This document shows, one piece after another, positions 38,083 to 47,455 of a DNA stretch of 64,000 nucleotides (positions within the stretch are counted from its first letter, which is position 1; each line of letters starts with the position of its first letter). The stretch is taken from the NCBI GenBank assembly GCA_048940645.1, contig JBHLOI010000006.1, positions 32,001 to 96,000 on the forward strand. The letters run 5' to 3'. The stretch comes from Promethearchaeota archaeon. Its GTDB lineage: Archaea > Asgardarchaeota > Lokiarchaeia > Sigyniarchaeales > SOKP01. Made by a program: the position numbers and the translations under genes. The notes beneath the pieces are model-generated. The model searched no databases. It saw nothing but the letters and a program-made list of their open reading frames with translations, and had not been told where the DNA came from.

Positions 38083-39153
38083 CTAGTTTTTCATTTTTTT
38101 ACTAAATTCATTTAAAGCTATGTCTATTGGATTTTCTAATTGTCTAACTTTCTCATTTGTGTTTATTTTATAATTTTTATCTAAAAATTTTAAAGCAGTA
38201 TTGATTATCAAATCAGCATTCCTTACATGTTTTAACGGAAAACCATGATCTATAAGAAATTGCTCTTGAGGATAAGTGGCTAATGGAAAAAATTCTATTG
38301 AAGGAACACCTAATAACGCAGATTCTCTAACCATCGTACCTCCTCCAGTTATAACCATTTTAGCATAAAACATAAAATGTGCTAGATTGTTTAATCCAGT
38401 GTAAATACTAATTATATTTTGTTTGATGTGTTTCTTGAAAAAATTATTTAAATATTTATACTGTTCAATATTTCGAGTTAATATTAAAAATTTTAAATCA
38501 ACTTCATTTTCTAGTAATTCTGGTATGATTTTACTTAACTTTGTTTCATGAGGAGCCATTTTATCTGTTAAATACCCTGCTTTTGATGGTTCTGTTCTAC
38601 ATACAATGTAGCTATCAGGACTAAGCCCATGGGATTTAATGATTTCTCTATTTGGTTTAAAATCTGAAAGCCATCCAACCTCATCAATCCCATTAAATCT
38701 TATTATTCTCTCCTCCTTTAATCCGTAATCCAAATACCATTCGATAGGTATACATTGAGGAACTATAATTTGATTAACATATGGAAAAGTTGTGGAGCAT
38801 GGACCATAAGATCGTGGTTCATCATTAAACATAATATTAGGAATTTGAAGACCAAACGAAATTCTCATTGCTTCTGGAGACGTTATACAAAATAAAAAAT
38901 TAGGTTTTTTTTTAATTATAATTTTTATTAATCTAGATAATCTATTCGAATAAGCTAATAATTTTCCTTCTAAAGTTCCGCCACCATAGCTTCCTACAGG
39001 AGTATAACTAACATTCCATTGATTTAATAAGAAATGAGTAGAATCGAAATCTCTAGCTGTTATAAAAACTTCATAATCCTCTATTAAACTCTCATAAAGA
39101 GGTCTTAACATAGTGACACTCTTTGGCTCACAAAAATCTAACCATATTTTCAT
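38083..39153 (-). CDS. DUF354 GT-B-fold protein
   Basis: MKIWLD, ITARD, YGGGTLEGKL, RTEP, TGGGTMVRESALLGVPSI. Confidence 0.85.
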   Translation of the reverse strand: MKIWLDFCEPKSVTMLRPLYESLIEDYEVFITARDFDSTHFLLNQWNVSYTPVGSYGGGTLEGKLLAYSNRLSRLIKIIIKKKPNFLFCITSPEAMRISFGLQIPNIMFNDEPRSYGPCSTTFPYVNQIIVPQCIPIEWYLDYGLKEERIIRFNGIDEVGWLSDFKPNREIIKSHGLSPDSYIVCRTEPSKAGYLTDKMAPHETKLSKIIPELLENEVDLKFLILTRNIEQYKYLNNFFKKHIKQNIISIYTGLNNLAHFMFYAKMVITGGGTMVRESALLGVPSIEFFPLATYPQEQFLIDHGFPLKHVRNADLIINTALKFLDKNYKINTNEKVRQLENPIDIALNEFSKKMKN

Positions 39154-39175
39154 GAAATCCCTTCTAAGTATTTAC

Positions 39176-40180
39176 TTAAACACGTGGTTTATAGTTCCAA
39201 AATTCTGGGTTTTTAGTAATCCAATCAATTTCTTTCTTAATCCCTTCAACAAAATTCGTTTTTGGTTGATATCCTAATGTCTTATGAATTAGAGAATTAT
39301 CAAGTATAAAATCTCGTAATTCTCCTGGCAATCTCCTTCGATCTGGTTGATATTTACTTGCCTTTCCTGGTGGAGGATTGTCAAAAATTGGATTTAATGT
39401 AGAGTTTCCAAATAGTTTTATTAAAATATGTGCTAAATCAACAATTGAGTATGAGGTTCCTCCACCAACATTAAACACCATCCCATTGCCCTTTTCACTT
39501 TTTATTGCCATCATATTTGCTTCAACAACATCCGATATATATACAAAATCCCTTCTTTGTTTGCCATCACCAAAAATAATAGGTGATTTCCCCTCTAATA
39601 GACGTTTTATAAATATTGTTAATACTCTTCCGTACCATTCACGAGGACCATATACTATTCCATATCTCAGAGAGATAGTTGGGAGATTATTTAATAAAAA
39701 ATACTGACTACAATACTTCTCTCCAGCTAATTTACTTACACCATAAGGCCAATGAGGCAAAAGAGGATGGTTTTCAGATTCTGGTATAAATTGTGCTTGA
39801 CCATAAACGCCTCCCGATGACGCATATACTAATTTTTTAATATTATTTTTTAAAGAAGCATTTAAAACATTTAGAGTACCTATAATATTCGTCTTCAAGT
39901 CATGTAAGGTATTTTCTATTCCCGTAAAAACTTCTAATTCAGCAGCATGGTGTGAAACAATGTCTATATTTTTCATGCATGAATTTAATTTATTAAAATC
40001 TAATATATCACCCTCAATAATCTTAACTTGTTTGTTTTGGATGAACTCTTTATTTCCTGTTGAAAAGTTATCATATATTATTATATTCTTCGCTTTCTCT
40101 TTAATAATGCGATCTGCTAAATGAGATCCAATAAATCCTGCTCCACCTGTTATTAAAACATTTTTATCTTTGATTTCCAT
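39176..40180 (-). CDS. NAD-dependent nucleotide-sugar epimerase/dehydratase (GalE-like extended SDR)
   Basis: TGGAGFIGSH, YGVSK (YxxxK), VYGPR, GDGKQRRDFVYISD. Confidence 0.93.
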   Translation of the reverse strand: MEIKDKNVLITGGAGFIGSHLADRIIKEKAKNIIIYDNFSTGNKEFIQNKQVKIIEGDILDFNKLNSCMKNIDIVSHHAAELEVFTGIENTLHDLKTNIIGTLNVLNASLKNNIKKLVYASSGGVYGQAQFIPESENHPLLPHWPYGVSKLAGEKYCSQYFLLNNLPTISLRYGIVYGPREWYGRVLTIFIKRLLEGKSPIIFGDGKQRRDFVYISDVVEANMMAIKSEKGNGMVFNVGGGTSYSIVDLAHILIKLFGNSTLNPIFDNPPPGKASKYQPDRRRLPGELRDFILDNSLIHKTLGYQPKTNFVEGIKKEIDWITKNPEFWNYKPRV

Positions 40181-40439
40181 TATGATTCTTTATTAATTAT
40201 TTATATAGGATTCTAATCCTCTAATTATTATAAGAAACCTTTAAATTAATCTATTACTTGGTTGAAAATGAAAATTTAATTATTATTATATTTTTAAATA
40301 CTGTCCCTTTATTATATCTTTCAATATATGTTTCAACAAAAGTTCACATCTAAAGAGTTGTAGAAAAATTAATTTAAATTATGGATAATTTCTTAAAGTC
40401 ATATTTTATTTTAAAAAATATAATTAAAAAATCGATTCT

Positions 40440-41804
40440 ATGATTTTAATATCACAATTAAACTGGGAATTACTTGAAATATTCTATTTAATTATTATTT
40501 TTCTTAGCGGTTTTCTTGTAAGTTATATATTTATACCATATCTCATGAAATTAATGAGGAAAAAACGGTATATTGGATATGATATTCACAAAAATGCAAA
40601 ACCTGAAATTCCTGAATCAGGAGGTTTAAGCCTTATCCTTGGATTGACAGTAACTTCTATATTCTCGATCATATTTTTTCCTGCATTGCGTAATGAATTG
40701 TTAATTTTCCTCTTAACGATTCTATTATCCGGAGCAATTGGTTTTATAGATGATCGGATAAAATTAAGATCACTATATAAGATTTTATTAACAATTTTTA
40801 CAGGAGTAATTATTTTTGTGGCAAATTTTTTTGGTTTTATAACCATTCATTCTCCTACAATACCTTTCTTAGGATTTACAAGATTAACAAGAATTTATCC
40901 ATTTGTGGCTCCTTTAATCGTAGCTTTTTTTGCGAATACATCAAATATGCTAGAAGGATATAATGGTGAAGGTTCAGGGACATCCTTAATAGCATTATTT
41001 TTTCTTCTAATTTGTGCTATATTTTGGAATTCTGCTGAAGCTTTAATATTCATTATTTCTGGAATTAGTGTTTTGATTCCTTTTTTCCTATATAATAAAT
41101 TCCCTGCTAAAATATTTCCTGGAGATGTAGGTACTTTAGGCATGGGTTCTCTTTTTGCGTGTATTGCATTATTAGGTTCTTTGGAGGTTGCAGTATTTTG
41201 CGCACTTCTCATTCAAGTTATTAATAGTTTTTATGTGATTAGTTCTGTAAAAGGTTTTTTAGAAAGCAGTGAGATTCAAACTCAGAAAAATGATATAATA
41301 CTTTTAGAGGATGATAGAATAAAAGCTTCTGATCAAAAAGATGCAGCATTAACTTTACCTAGATTAATTTTAGCAAAAGGACCATTAAAAGAACCAGAAT
41401 TAATAAAACAATTTTATATTATTTCAATTATTTGTGGGATTTTTTCCATAACAGCATTCTTATCTATACAATGGACATTAGGAAATTTAGATACTCTTAT
41501 ATTTCTTCTTTTTTTCATGATTTTTTTAGTTTTAATTATATTAATTTCATACTTTTTCCCCAGAATAAGAGGAACCGTAATTTTAATGATAGTCCTTTTA
41601 GGTATAATTAGTATTTCATTGTTTTTTATCGATTCTGTTATTATGTCGATTTTTCAACAGGATATTAACTTGGGGATAATTATTATTCCTAGTAATATTC
41701 TTTTTTCAATACTTTTAGTTGCTCCAGGATTGATATTATGGTATTTGTTAACAATCAAATTTTTTTGGAGACAAATTGAAAAAATGAAAGAGTCGGGAAC
41801 ATAG
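40440..41804 (+). CDS. UDP-GlcNAc:dolichol-phosphate GlcNAc-1-phosphate transferase (AglH/ALG7/DPAGT1, MraY superfamily)
   Basis: GYDIHK...IPESGG, GFIDD, NTSNMLEGYNG, FPAKIFPGDVGT; polytopic membrane protein. Confidence 0.85.
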   Translation: MILISQLNWELLEIFYLIIIFLSGFLVSYIFIPYLMKLMRKKRYIGYDIHKNAKPEIPESGGLSLILGLTVTSIFSIIFFPALRNELLIFLLTILLSGAIGFIDDRIKLRSLYKILLTIFTGVIIFVANFFGFITIHSPTIPFLGFTRLTRIYPFVAPLIVAFFANTSNMLEGYNGEGSGTSLIALFFLLICAIFWNSAEALIFIISGISVLIPFFLYNKFPAKIFPGDVGTLGMGSLFACIALLGSLEVAVFCALLIQVINSFYVISSVKGFLESSEIQTQKNDIILLEDDRIKASDQKDAALTLPRLILAKGPLKEPELIKQFYIISIICGIFSITAFLSIQWTLGNLDTLIFLLFFMIFLVLIILISYFFPRIRGTVILMIVLLGIISISLFFIDSVIMSIFQQDINLGIIIIPSNILFSILLVAPGLILWYLLTIKFFWRQIEKMKESGT

Positions 41805-41906
41805 ACTTTTATGTATACTATGATTCCCTTTAAACAAAACCCAATATTAATATTTTTCACAAAATTTTTACAATCATAATTTTTATTAAATTACTTTAAG
41901 GCAATC

Positions 41907-42971
41907 ATGAAGAAAATATTAGTTACTGGTTCTGGAGGTCCAGCAGGAGTAAATTTTCTAAAGTCATTGAATTTAGTCAAAGAGAAAATCCAATTATATG
42001 GTACAGATATTAATCCTTATCATTTAGAATTTGGAAAACCCTGGACAAAAAAAATGTTTTTAATTCCTCGAGCAGTTTCGGATCAGTTTATACCAAGCCT
42101 AAATGAAATAATAAATCAATATAAAATAGATTTTATCCATCCTCAACCTGATATTGAGGTCTTAAATGTTTCTGAAAATCGTGAAAAACTTAATGCAATT
42201 ACTTATTTACCAAAAAAAGAAACAATTCGAATATGTCAAGATAAATTTTCTAGTGCTGCTATTTGGAGAAAAAAAAATTTTCCTTCTATTAGAGCCATTG
42301 AAATCAGGGACACCCATTTAGAAAGTGATCTGGAAAATGCATTTAATGTATTAGGAGAAAAATTATGGATACGTGCCAAAAAAGGTGCTGGTGGCACCGG
42401 AAGCACTCCAGTTGAAAATGTAGAGACGGGAGTTAATTGGATAAAATATTGGCGTTCCCGCGGTAAAAAATGGGAATTTATTGCCCAAAAATATTTACCA
42501 GGTAGAAATATCGCTTTTCAAAGTATTTTTAAAAATGGAGAATTAATAACTTCACAAGCAAGAGAAAGAATTGAATATATCTATCCCTATCTCGCTCCTT
42601 CGGGAGTAACAGGAACTCCTATAGTAGCTAAAACTATACATGATTATAATGTAAATAATATAGCTACCCAGACAGTACTAGCAATTGATCCAGACGCAAC
42701 AGGAGTATTTTGTGTTGATTTAAAAGTGGATGAATCCGGAGAAATTTGCCCTACAGAAATTAATGCAGGTAGATTTTTTACAACGAGCTATTTTTTCTCT
42801 TACGCAGCCAAAAAATTTAATAATCCTCTAGCAAATATGCCATACATTTTAGTAAAACTTGCATTTAAAGAATCAATACCTGAAGGTCAAAAATTTAATG
42901 TTTTACCAAAAGATCTCTATTGGATAAGGCATATTGATTGCTCTGAACATTTAATTGAAGGGAAAAATTAA
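41907..42971 (+). CDS. ATP-grasp protein (carbamoyl-phosphate-synthase-like)
   Basis: ILVTGSGGPAG, ICQDK, QKYLPG, VDLK...TEINAGRF. Confidence 0.85.
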   Translation: MKKILVTGSGGPAGVNFLKSLNLVKEKIQLYGTDINPYHLEFGKPWTKKMFLIPRAVSDQFIPSLNEIINQYKIDFIHPQPDIEVLNVSENREKLNAITYLPKKETIRICQDKFSSAAIWRKKNFPSIRAIEIRDTHLESDLENAFNVLGEKLWIRAKKGAGGTGSTPVENVETGVNWIKYWRSRGKKWEFIAQKYLPGRNIAFQSIFKNGELITSQARERIEYIYPYLAPSGVTGTPIVAKTIHDYNVNNIATQTVLAIDPDATGVFCVDLKVDESGEICPTEINAGRFFTTSYFFSYAAKKFNNPLANMPYILVKLAFKESIPEGQKFNVLPKDLYWIRHIDCSEHLIEGKN

Positions 42972-42996
42972 TTTTTATATAAAAATATTTCATCTT

Positions 42997-43296
42997 TTAT
43001 AAGTCATTATTACATCTACAGGGCTTATTACCGCATTTTTTGCACTGATTTGGGTATTTATTAAAGAGGGCATCCTCTAAATCAATATTCAATAAATTTG
43101 CTAATGAATTTGTCCATGCAATGATATCAGCTAATTCTTCTGAAACTTTATTAGTATCAATATTATCTTTTCTTAAAAGTGTCGCTAGTTCACCGATTTC
43201 TTCAACTAACCAAATGAATGTATTTTTAATGCCTCTCTTACAATCTTTCTTAAAATATAACTCTTTAATCAAATCTTGAAACTCAGAAATCTTCAT
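42997..43296 (-). CDS. MazG-like nucleotide pyrophosphohydrolase
   Basis: WLVEEIGELA, EELADIIAW, C-terminal KYPNQCKKCGNKPCRC. Confidence 0.9.
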   Translation of the reverse strand: MKISEFQDLIKELYFKKDCKRGIKNTFIWLVEEIGELATLLRKDNIDTNKVSEELADIIAWTNSLANLLNIDLEDALFNKYPNQCKKCGNKPCRCNNDL

Positions 43297-43344
43297 AATA
43301 AAATCTTACTAAGTATAATAAGAATAAGTGATTTAAATTTAAGA

Positions 43345-43554
43345 TTAAAAAAACCATTCAAAAATACCAAGATGAGCAAATATTACAACTAATATTAATA
43401 CAAGTGTCATAATAACTGTACTAATAGGTCCCACCTTTATTCCAATAGAACTATCCTCGAAAAACCTCATTAATCCCGCTCCTCCCATAGGCATTGGAGC
43501 AGTTCCACTTCGTCTTTTTCGACGTCTTGATTGGTTTCTTCTTCTTGTAGACAT
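43345..43554 (-). CDS. Preprotein translocase subunit Sec61-beta
   Basis: Basic N-terminus, AGLMRFFED...GIKVGP, then a single C-terminal TM ending in H. Confidence 0.92.
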   Translation of the reverse strand: MSTRRRNQSRRRKRRSGTAPMPMGGAGLMRFFEDSSIGIKVGPISTVIMTLVLILVVIFAHLGIFEWFF

Positions 43555-43713
43555 GATTTTCTAATTTATTAAAAAGTTTTTAATCAAGAATTATTTAAAT
43601 ATAGAGATCTATTAATATTAAGTTTTATCCCGAATCATAAAAATAAAATTAAATAAATTTTTATTATTTATTTTAATTATTTGTAGTTAATTTAAGGAGT
43701 AAAATAAAAAAAT

Positions 43714-45591
43714 ATGTTTAGAAAAAAAAAATTTTGTATATTAGCTTTAGGATTGATATTTCTTATTATATTAATATCAAATATTCAATATAATTCCAGA
43801 AACAGTAAGAATAACGAAGTATATATAACTCCAAAATTATCTACAAGTTTAGAGGGCGCAGAGAATATATTAATTACAGACGTTTTACGAACCATAAACG
43901 TTAGTGGATATGATTTGGTAAATTTTAAGGACGAATTAAGGATTTTAAATCAAAATAATAACCCAATTACTTCAATATTTATTCCAATACACTTAAACGA
44001 ATCAAATGATGTAATCTTTTGTAAAGCAACTGGTGAGAGCAAGAATGCTTTGTTAATTGAAAGAGCCCATCTTGTTTTAAACGATTATGAACTAATTGCT
44101 ATCTATTTTGATACACCACTATTACCCCATCAACACACAACTATATCTTTCTACCATTCACATAAAGATAGTTTAATTTATTACACTTTACTTAATGAAG
44201 AATATCAAATTGAGCAACATATCAATATCACAGAATCTCTTTTTCCAATTTTACCTTATAAAGCAGCAGGCGGGGTAGTCCAGACACAAATAATATTCCC
44301 TGAGGCTTCTGATATAGTGAATTATGAAAAGGTAATTGACCTTGGAATCCCTATCACCCCAACTATATTAGTATATGATTTGAGTCAAAGTGTTTATTTT
44401 GATCATGTAGACCCCTTTCTAGCAAATTTCAATAAATCTCAACAAGAGATCTTAATCACTATTCAAGACAATAGATTTTCCAAAATGGAATTCGAAAAAA
44501 TCGATCGGGAAATAAATATTTCACCATGGGGTATAATTAAAGTTAAAGAGAATTATATACTCCAAAATCTGGGAGTTATAGATATAAGTACTTTCCCTTT
44601 ACACGTTCCATATAGCTCTAAAAATGTGCATGTGTATGACGATATTGGTGCCATTGGTAATCCAGTTGTTGCCTTGAAGGATAGTGAGGTATTTTTAAAT
44701 AAAAAATCATTTACAATTAATTTAGCTCAAAACAGAGTCCCATTAAAACCATTATCTAAAATTAGATTTACTGTAGAATATGTTTTAGACATATATGAAT
44801 ATATTTCAATAAATTGGTTTCAAGAGTCAATCCAAATCAATTTATTTACAACAACCTTTGAATGTTTGGGTAAGGAACAAACTATAAATGTGGTTATTCA
44901 AGGATGTAATAGTTTAGAATATGTGTCGCTTCCGCCTGATGCAATAATTGATGCTGGAGGTGCAAAAACTTTAGTATATTACTTTGAATTTGTAACCCCA
45001 ATTGAATCTAAAATGATTCAATTCACTTTTTCAATTGATCTCTTTGAATTATTACTCAGACCAATCATAATTTCATTAATTATTGGATTTTTGGCATCAA
45101 TTTATGTTATAGTAATTAAAATCAAAAAAGAAAGAGAAGAAAAATTTGTTACTGAAAAAGTTGAAATACCCGTAGATGAGCTTCGCGAATTTTGTTCATT
45201 ACATGAAGAAAAAAATGCTTTAGTTTTAGAAATTAGAAGAGCGGAAGAAGATGCTAAACGTAAAAAAATAGCAAAGAAAATATTCAGTAATCTTTTAAGC
45301 AAAAACACTACTAAAATAGAGCAAATCAAACAAGAATTACTTCCGTTTAAAAAAGCTTTAATGGAAACTAGTGAAACTTTTGAAAATATTATCAAGAAAT
45401 TAGATGTCTTAGATGCTGAAAGAGAAAGTGTGAATGATAGTCTAAATTTATTAGATAATCGATATAAAAGAGGTAAGTTACCCTCAAAAGCGGCTTATCA
45501 AAAACTCCTCGAAGATTTCATGAAAAGGAGGAGACGGATTGATAGAACAATAGATAAAAATATTCAACAATTAAGAAGCTATTTACTATAA
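43714..45591 (+). CDS. Ribophorin I (OST1/RPN1)-like oligosaccharyltransferase accessory subunit
   Basis: Signal/TM; two luminal beta domains starting LRTINVS and IDREINISPWGIIKVKE (cf. RPN1 RxIEVSHWGNIAVEE); TM; cytoplasmic helical bundle. Confidence 0.75.
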   Translation: MFRKKKFCILALGLIFLIILISNIQYNSRNSKNNEVYITPKLSTSLEGAENILITDVLRTINVSGYDLVNFKDELRILNQNNNPITSIFIPIHLNESNDVIFCKATGESKNALLIERAHLVLNDYELIAIYFDTPLLPHQHTTISFYHSHKDSLIYYTLLNEEYQIEQHINITESLFPILPYKAAGGVVQTQIIFPEASDIVNYEKVIDLGIPITPTILVYDLSQSVYFDHVDPFLANFNKSQQEILITIQDNRFSKMEFEKIDREINISPWGIIKVKENYILQNLGVIDISTFPLHVPYSSKNVHVYDDIGAIGNPVVALKDSEVFLNKKSFTINLAQNRVPLKPLSKIRFTVEYVLDIYEYISINWFQESIQINLFTTTFECLGKEQTINVVIQGCNSLEYVSLPPDAIIDAGGAKTLVYYFEFVTPIESKMIQFTFSIDLFELLLRPIIISLIIGFLASIYVIVIKIKKEREEKFVTEKVEIPVDELREFCSLHEEKNALVLEIRRAEEDAKRKKIAKKIFSNLLSKNTTKIEQIKQELLPFKKALMETSETFENIIKKLDVLDAERESVNDSLNLLDNRYKRGKLPSKAAYQKLLEDFMKRRRRIDRTIDKNIQQLRSYLL

Positions 45592-45625
45592 AAATCATTA
45601 TTTTTCTCTAAAAGTGAGTTCTTTT

Positions 45626-46249
45626 ATGAAACCATGGCTATTTGACATTTTAGCATGCCCTATAGATAAACATTTCCCCTTAGAATTATATATTTTTTCA
45701 TTTGGAACAAAGGAAGATGAATTTCAAACATTTGTAAATAATTATAAGAAAAAAGATTTAGAAATTGTTAAAAAAGAAAGTATTCTTGAAATATTTCGAG
45801 AAAATGAGGATATATTTATCAAAGATAATGTTATCATCGAAAAAAATCCTATTCAAAAATATCTTGAGTTAATAATTTCAAGTATTAATGAATTTGATTT
45901 TATATATGATAATTCATCAAGTAAAGCTAGCAAAATATGTTTCAATATAATTAAAAATGAAATTAAAAAAAAAATTATAACCTATTCTAAAAATATACAG
46001 CTTGACAAGATTGAAACATTATTGCCAGAATTATTTTTTATAAATAAAATTAAACTCGAAACTGAAATTGAGTCAGGGCTTTTATTCTGTCCAAAATGTA
46101 AACGTTGGTTTCCCATAAGAGACAGCATCCCACAAATGCTTCCAGATGAATACAGAAATAAAAATGAAGAAATTGACTTTTTAAAATATAATAGTAAATT
46201 ATTGGGAGAAAAATTTTTTAAACACGATTTAAAACCATTTAATATTTAA
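45626..46249 (+). CDS. Trm112-family methyltransferase activator with a long insertion
   Basis: MKPWLFDILACPIDK...EIESGLLFCPKCKRWFPIRDSIPQML. ATG 45626 preferred. Confidence 0.85.
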   Translation: MKPWLFDILACPIDKHFPLELYIFSFGTKEDEFQTFVNNYKKKDLEIVKKESILEIFRENEDIFIKDNVIIEKNPIQKYLELIISSINEFDFIYDNSSSKASKICFNIIKNEIKKKIITYSKNIQLDKIETLLPELFFINKIKLETEIESGLLFCPKCKRWFPIRDSIPQMLPDEYRNKNEEIDFLKYNSKLLGEKFFKHDLKPFNI

Positions 46250-46281
46250 ATTCTAATGAATTTATTTATCACATAAATAAA

Positions 46282-46354
46282 AGCCCGGTGGTGTAGCGGC
46301 CAAGCATATGGGGCCTTGAACCCCGTGACCACGGTTCGAATCCGTGCCGGGCTA
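46282..46354 (+). tRNA. tRNA-Gln(UUG), no intron, CCA not encoded
   Basis: Acceptor AGCCCGG/CCGGGCT plus discriminator A (A1-U72, typical of archaeal tRNA-Gln); D arm GTG-TAGCGGCCAAG-CAT; anticodon stem TGGGG/CCCCG with loop CC-TTG-AA; T arm CACGG-TTCGAAT-CCGTG. Confidence 0.93.
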
Positions 46355-46460
46355 TAATTAAAACTTTTTATTAGTAAAAAAGATTTTAAAGAAATTTAAA
46401 CAAACAACGATTTTTTGCCTTAATAAAGTTTAATTTAGATGTCCTTTTTAAAAAATTAAT

Positions 46461-47411
46461 ATGAAAAGCACTATTAAAAATATTTTAAATCTTTTACGAA
46501 TAAGACAGTACTATAAAAATATATTGATTTTCGTAGGTTCTTTCTTTGGTGGAAAATTATTGGACATTTCACTTTTACCACTTCTTATTTTAGGTTTTAT
46601 TATTTTATGTTGCGCATCTTCAATCAACTATATTATAAATGATATAATGGATATCGAAAAAGATAAGTTACACCCAGAAAAGCTAGAAAAAAAAGCCCTT
46701 GCTTCTGGAAAACTTTCTGTAAAGTTTGCCCTGGCATTGATAACATTCCTTTCTGCAGTTATAGTAATTTTATTAATATTTTTAATCCCAAATTTAAATT
46801 TTATCATCATGTTGGTATTAGTATTTGGAACGGGACAATTATATAATTATTTCTTTAAAAGATTTGCATTTATTGATGTTTTAGTTTTAGCATTAATTTA
46901 CCTATGGCGTGCTTTAGCAGGATGCGTCTTGATAGATGTTGTTGTATCTCCATGGTTAATTTTAGCGGTATATGAAAGTGCCTTATTTTTGGTTATTGCA
47001 AAAAGAAAAGGAGATTTAATCCTATTAGGAGAAGAAAAAGCTAAAGTACATAAAAAAATCTACAAACAATATAACATGAAATTGTTAGAACAATTCCATA
47101 CGATTACTGCGGCTACTATCTTAATAATTTATATTATGTATTTGATCTCTCAATTCTATCTATTCGAAGATTTGAGATTTTTTTATCAATACTTAATAAT
47201 CTTATCTATTCCAACTTTGTTTTATATTATTATGAGATATATGTTTTTAACCTCATCGAAACCTGAAATTGCTCGGAGTACTGAAAAAGTAATTTTTGAT
47301 AAGGGAATCCTTATTGCGGGGTTATTTTTAGGTGCGATATTCTTTTTTACTTTTTATTATATTGACATAAAGCAGATTTTATATGATTTGTTTAAAATAT
47401 CTTTACCTTAA
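46461..47411 (+). CDS. UbiA-family prenyltransferase, decaprenyl-phosphate phosphoribosyltransferase (DPPR synthase)-like
   Basis: LRIRQYYKNILIF, YIINDIMDIEKDKLHPEK, LASG, AKRKGDL; polytopic. Confidence 0.8.
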   Translation: MKSTIKNILNLLRIRQYYKNILIFVGSFFGGKLLDISLLPLLILGFIILCCASSINYIINDIMDIEKDKLHPEKLEKKALASGKLSVKFALALITFLSAVIVILLIFLIPNLNFIIMLVLVFGTGQLYNYFFKRFAFIDVLVLALIYLWRALAGCVLIDVVVSPWLILAVYESALFLVIAKRKGDLILLGEEKAKVHKKIYKQYNMKLLEQFHTITAATILIIYIMYLISQFYLFEDLRFFYQYLIILSIPTLFYIIMRYMFLTSSKPEIARSTEKVIFDKGILIAGLFLGAIFFFTFYYIDIKQILYDLFKISLP

Positions 47412-47455
47412 TCTTAATTTTTAGCTTGAGTCTAATACGTTTTATATTTGGAAGA

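Noticed and set aside
46282-47411. tRNA as an integration site for a mobile element
   Set aside because: No integrase, no duplicated tRNA 3' end in the window, and the flanking genes look like housekeeping genes.
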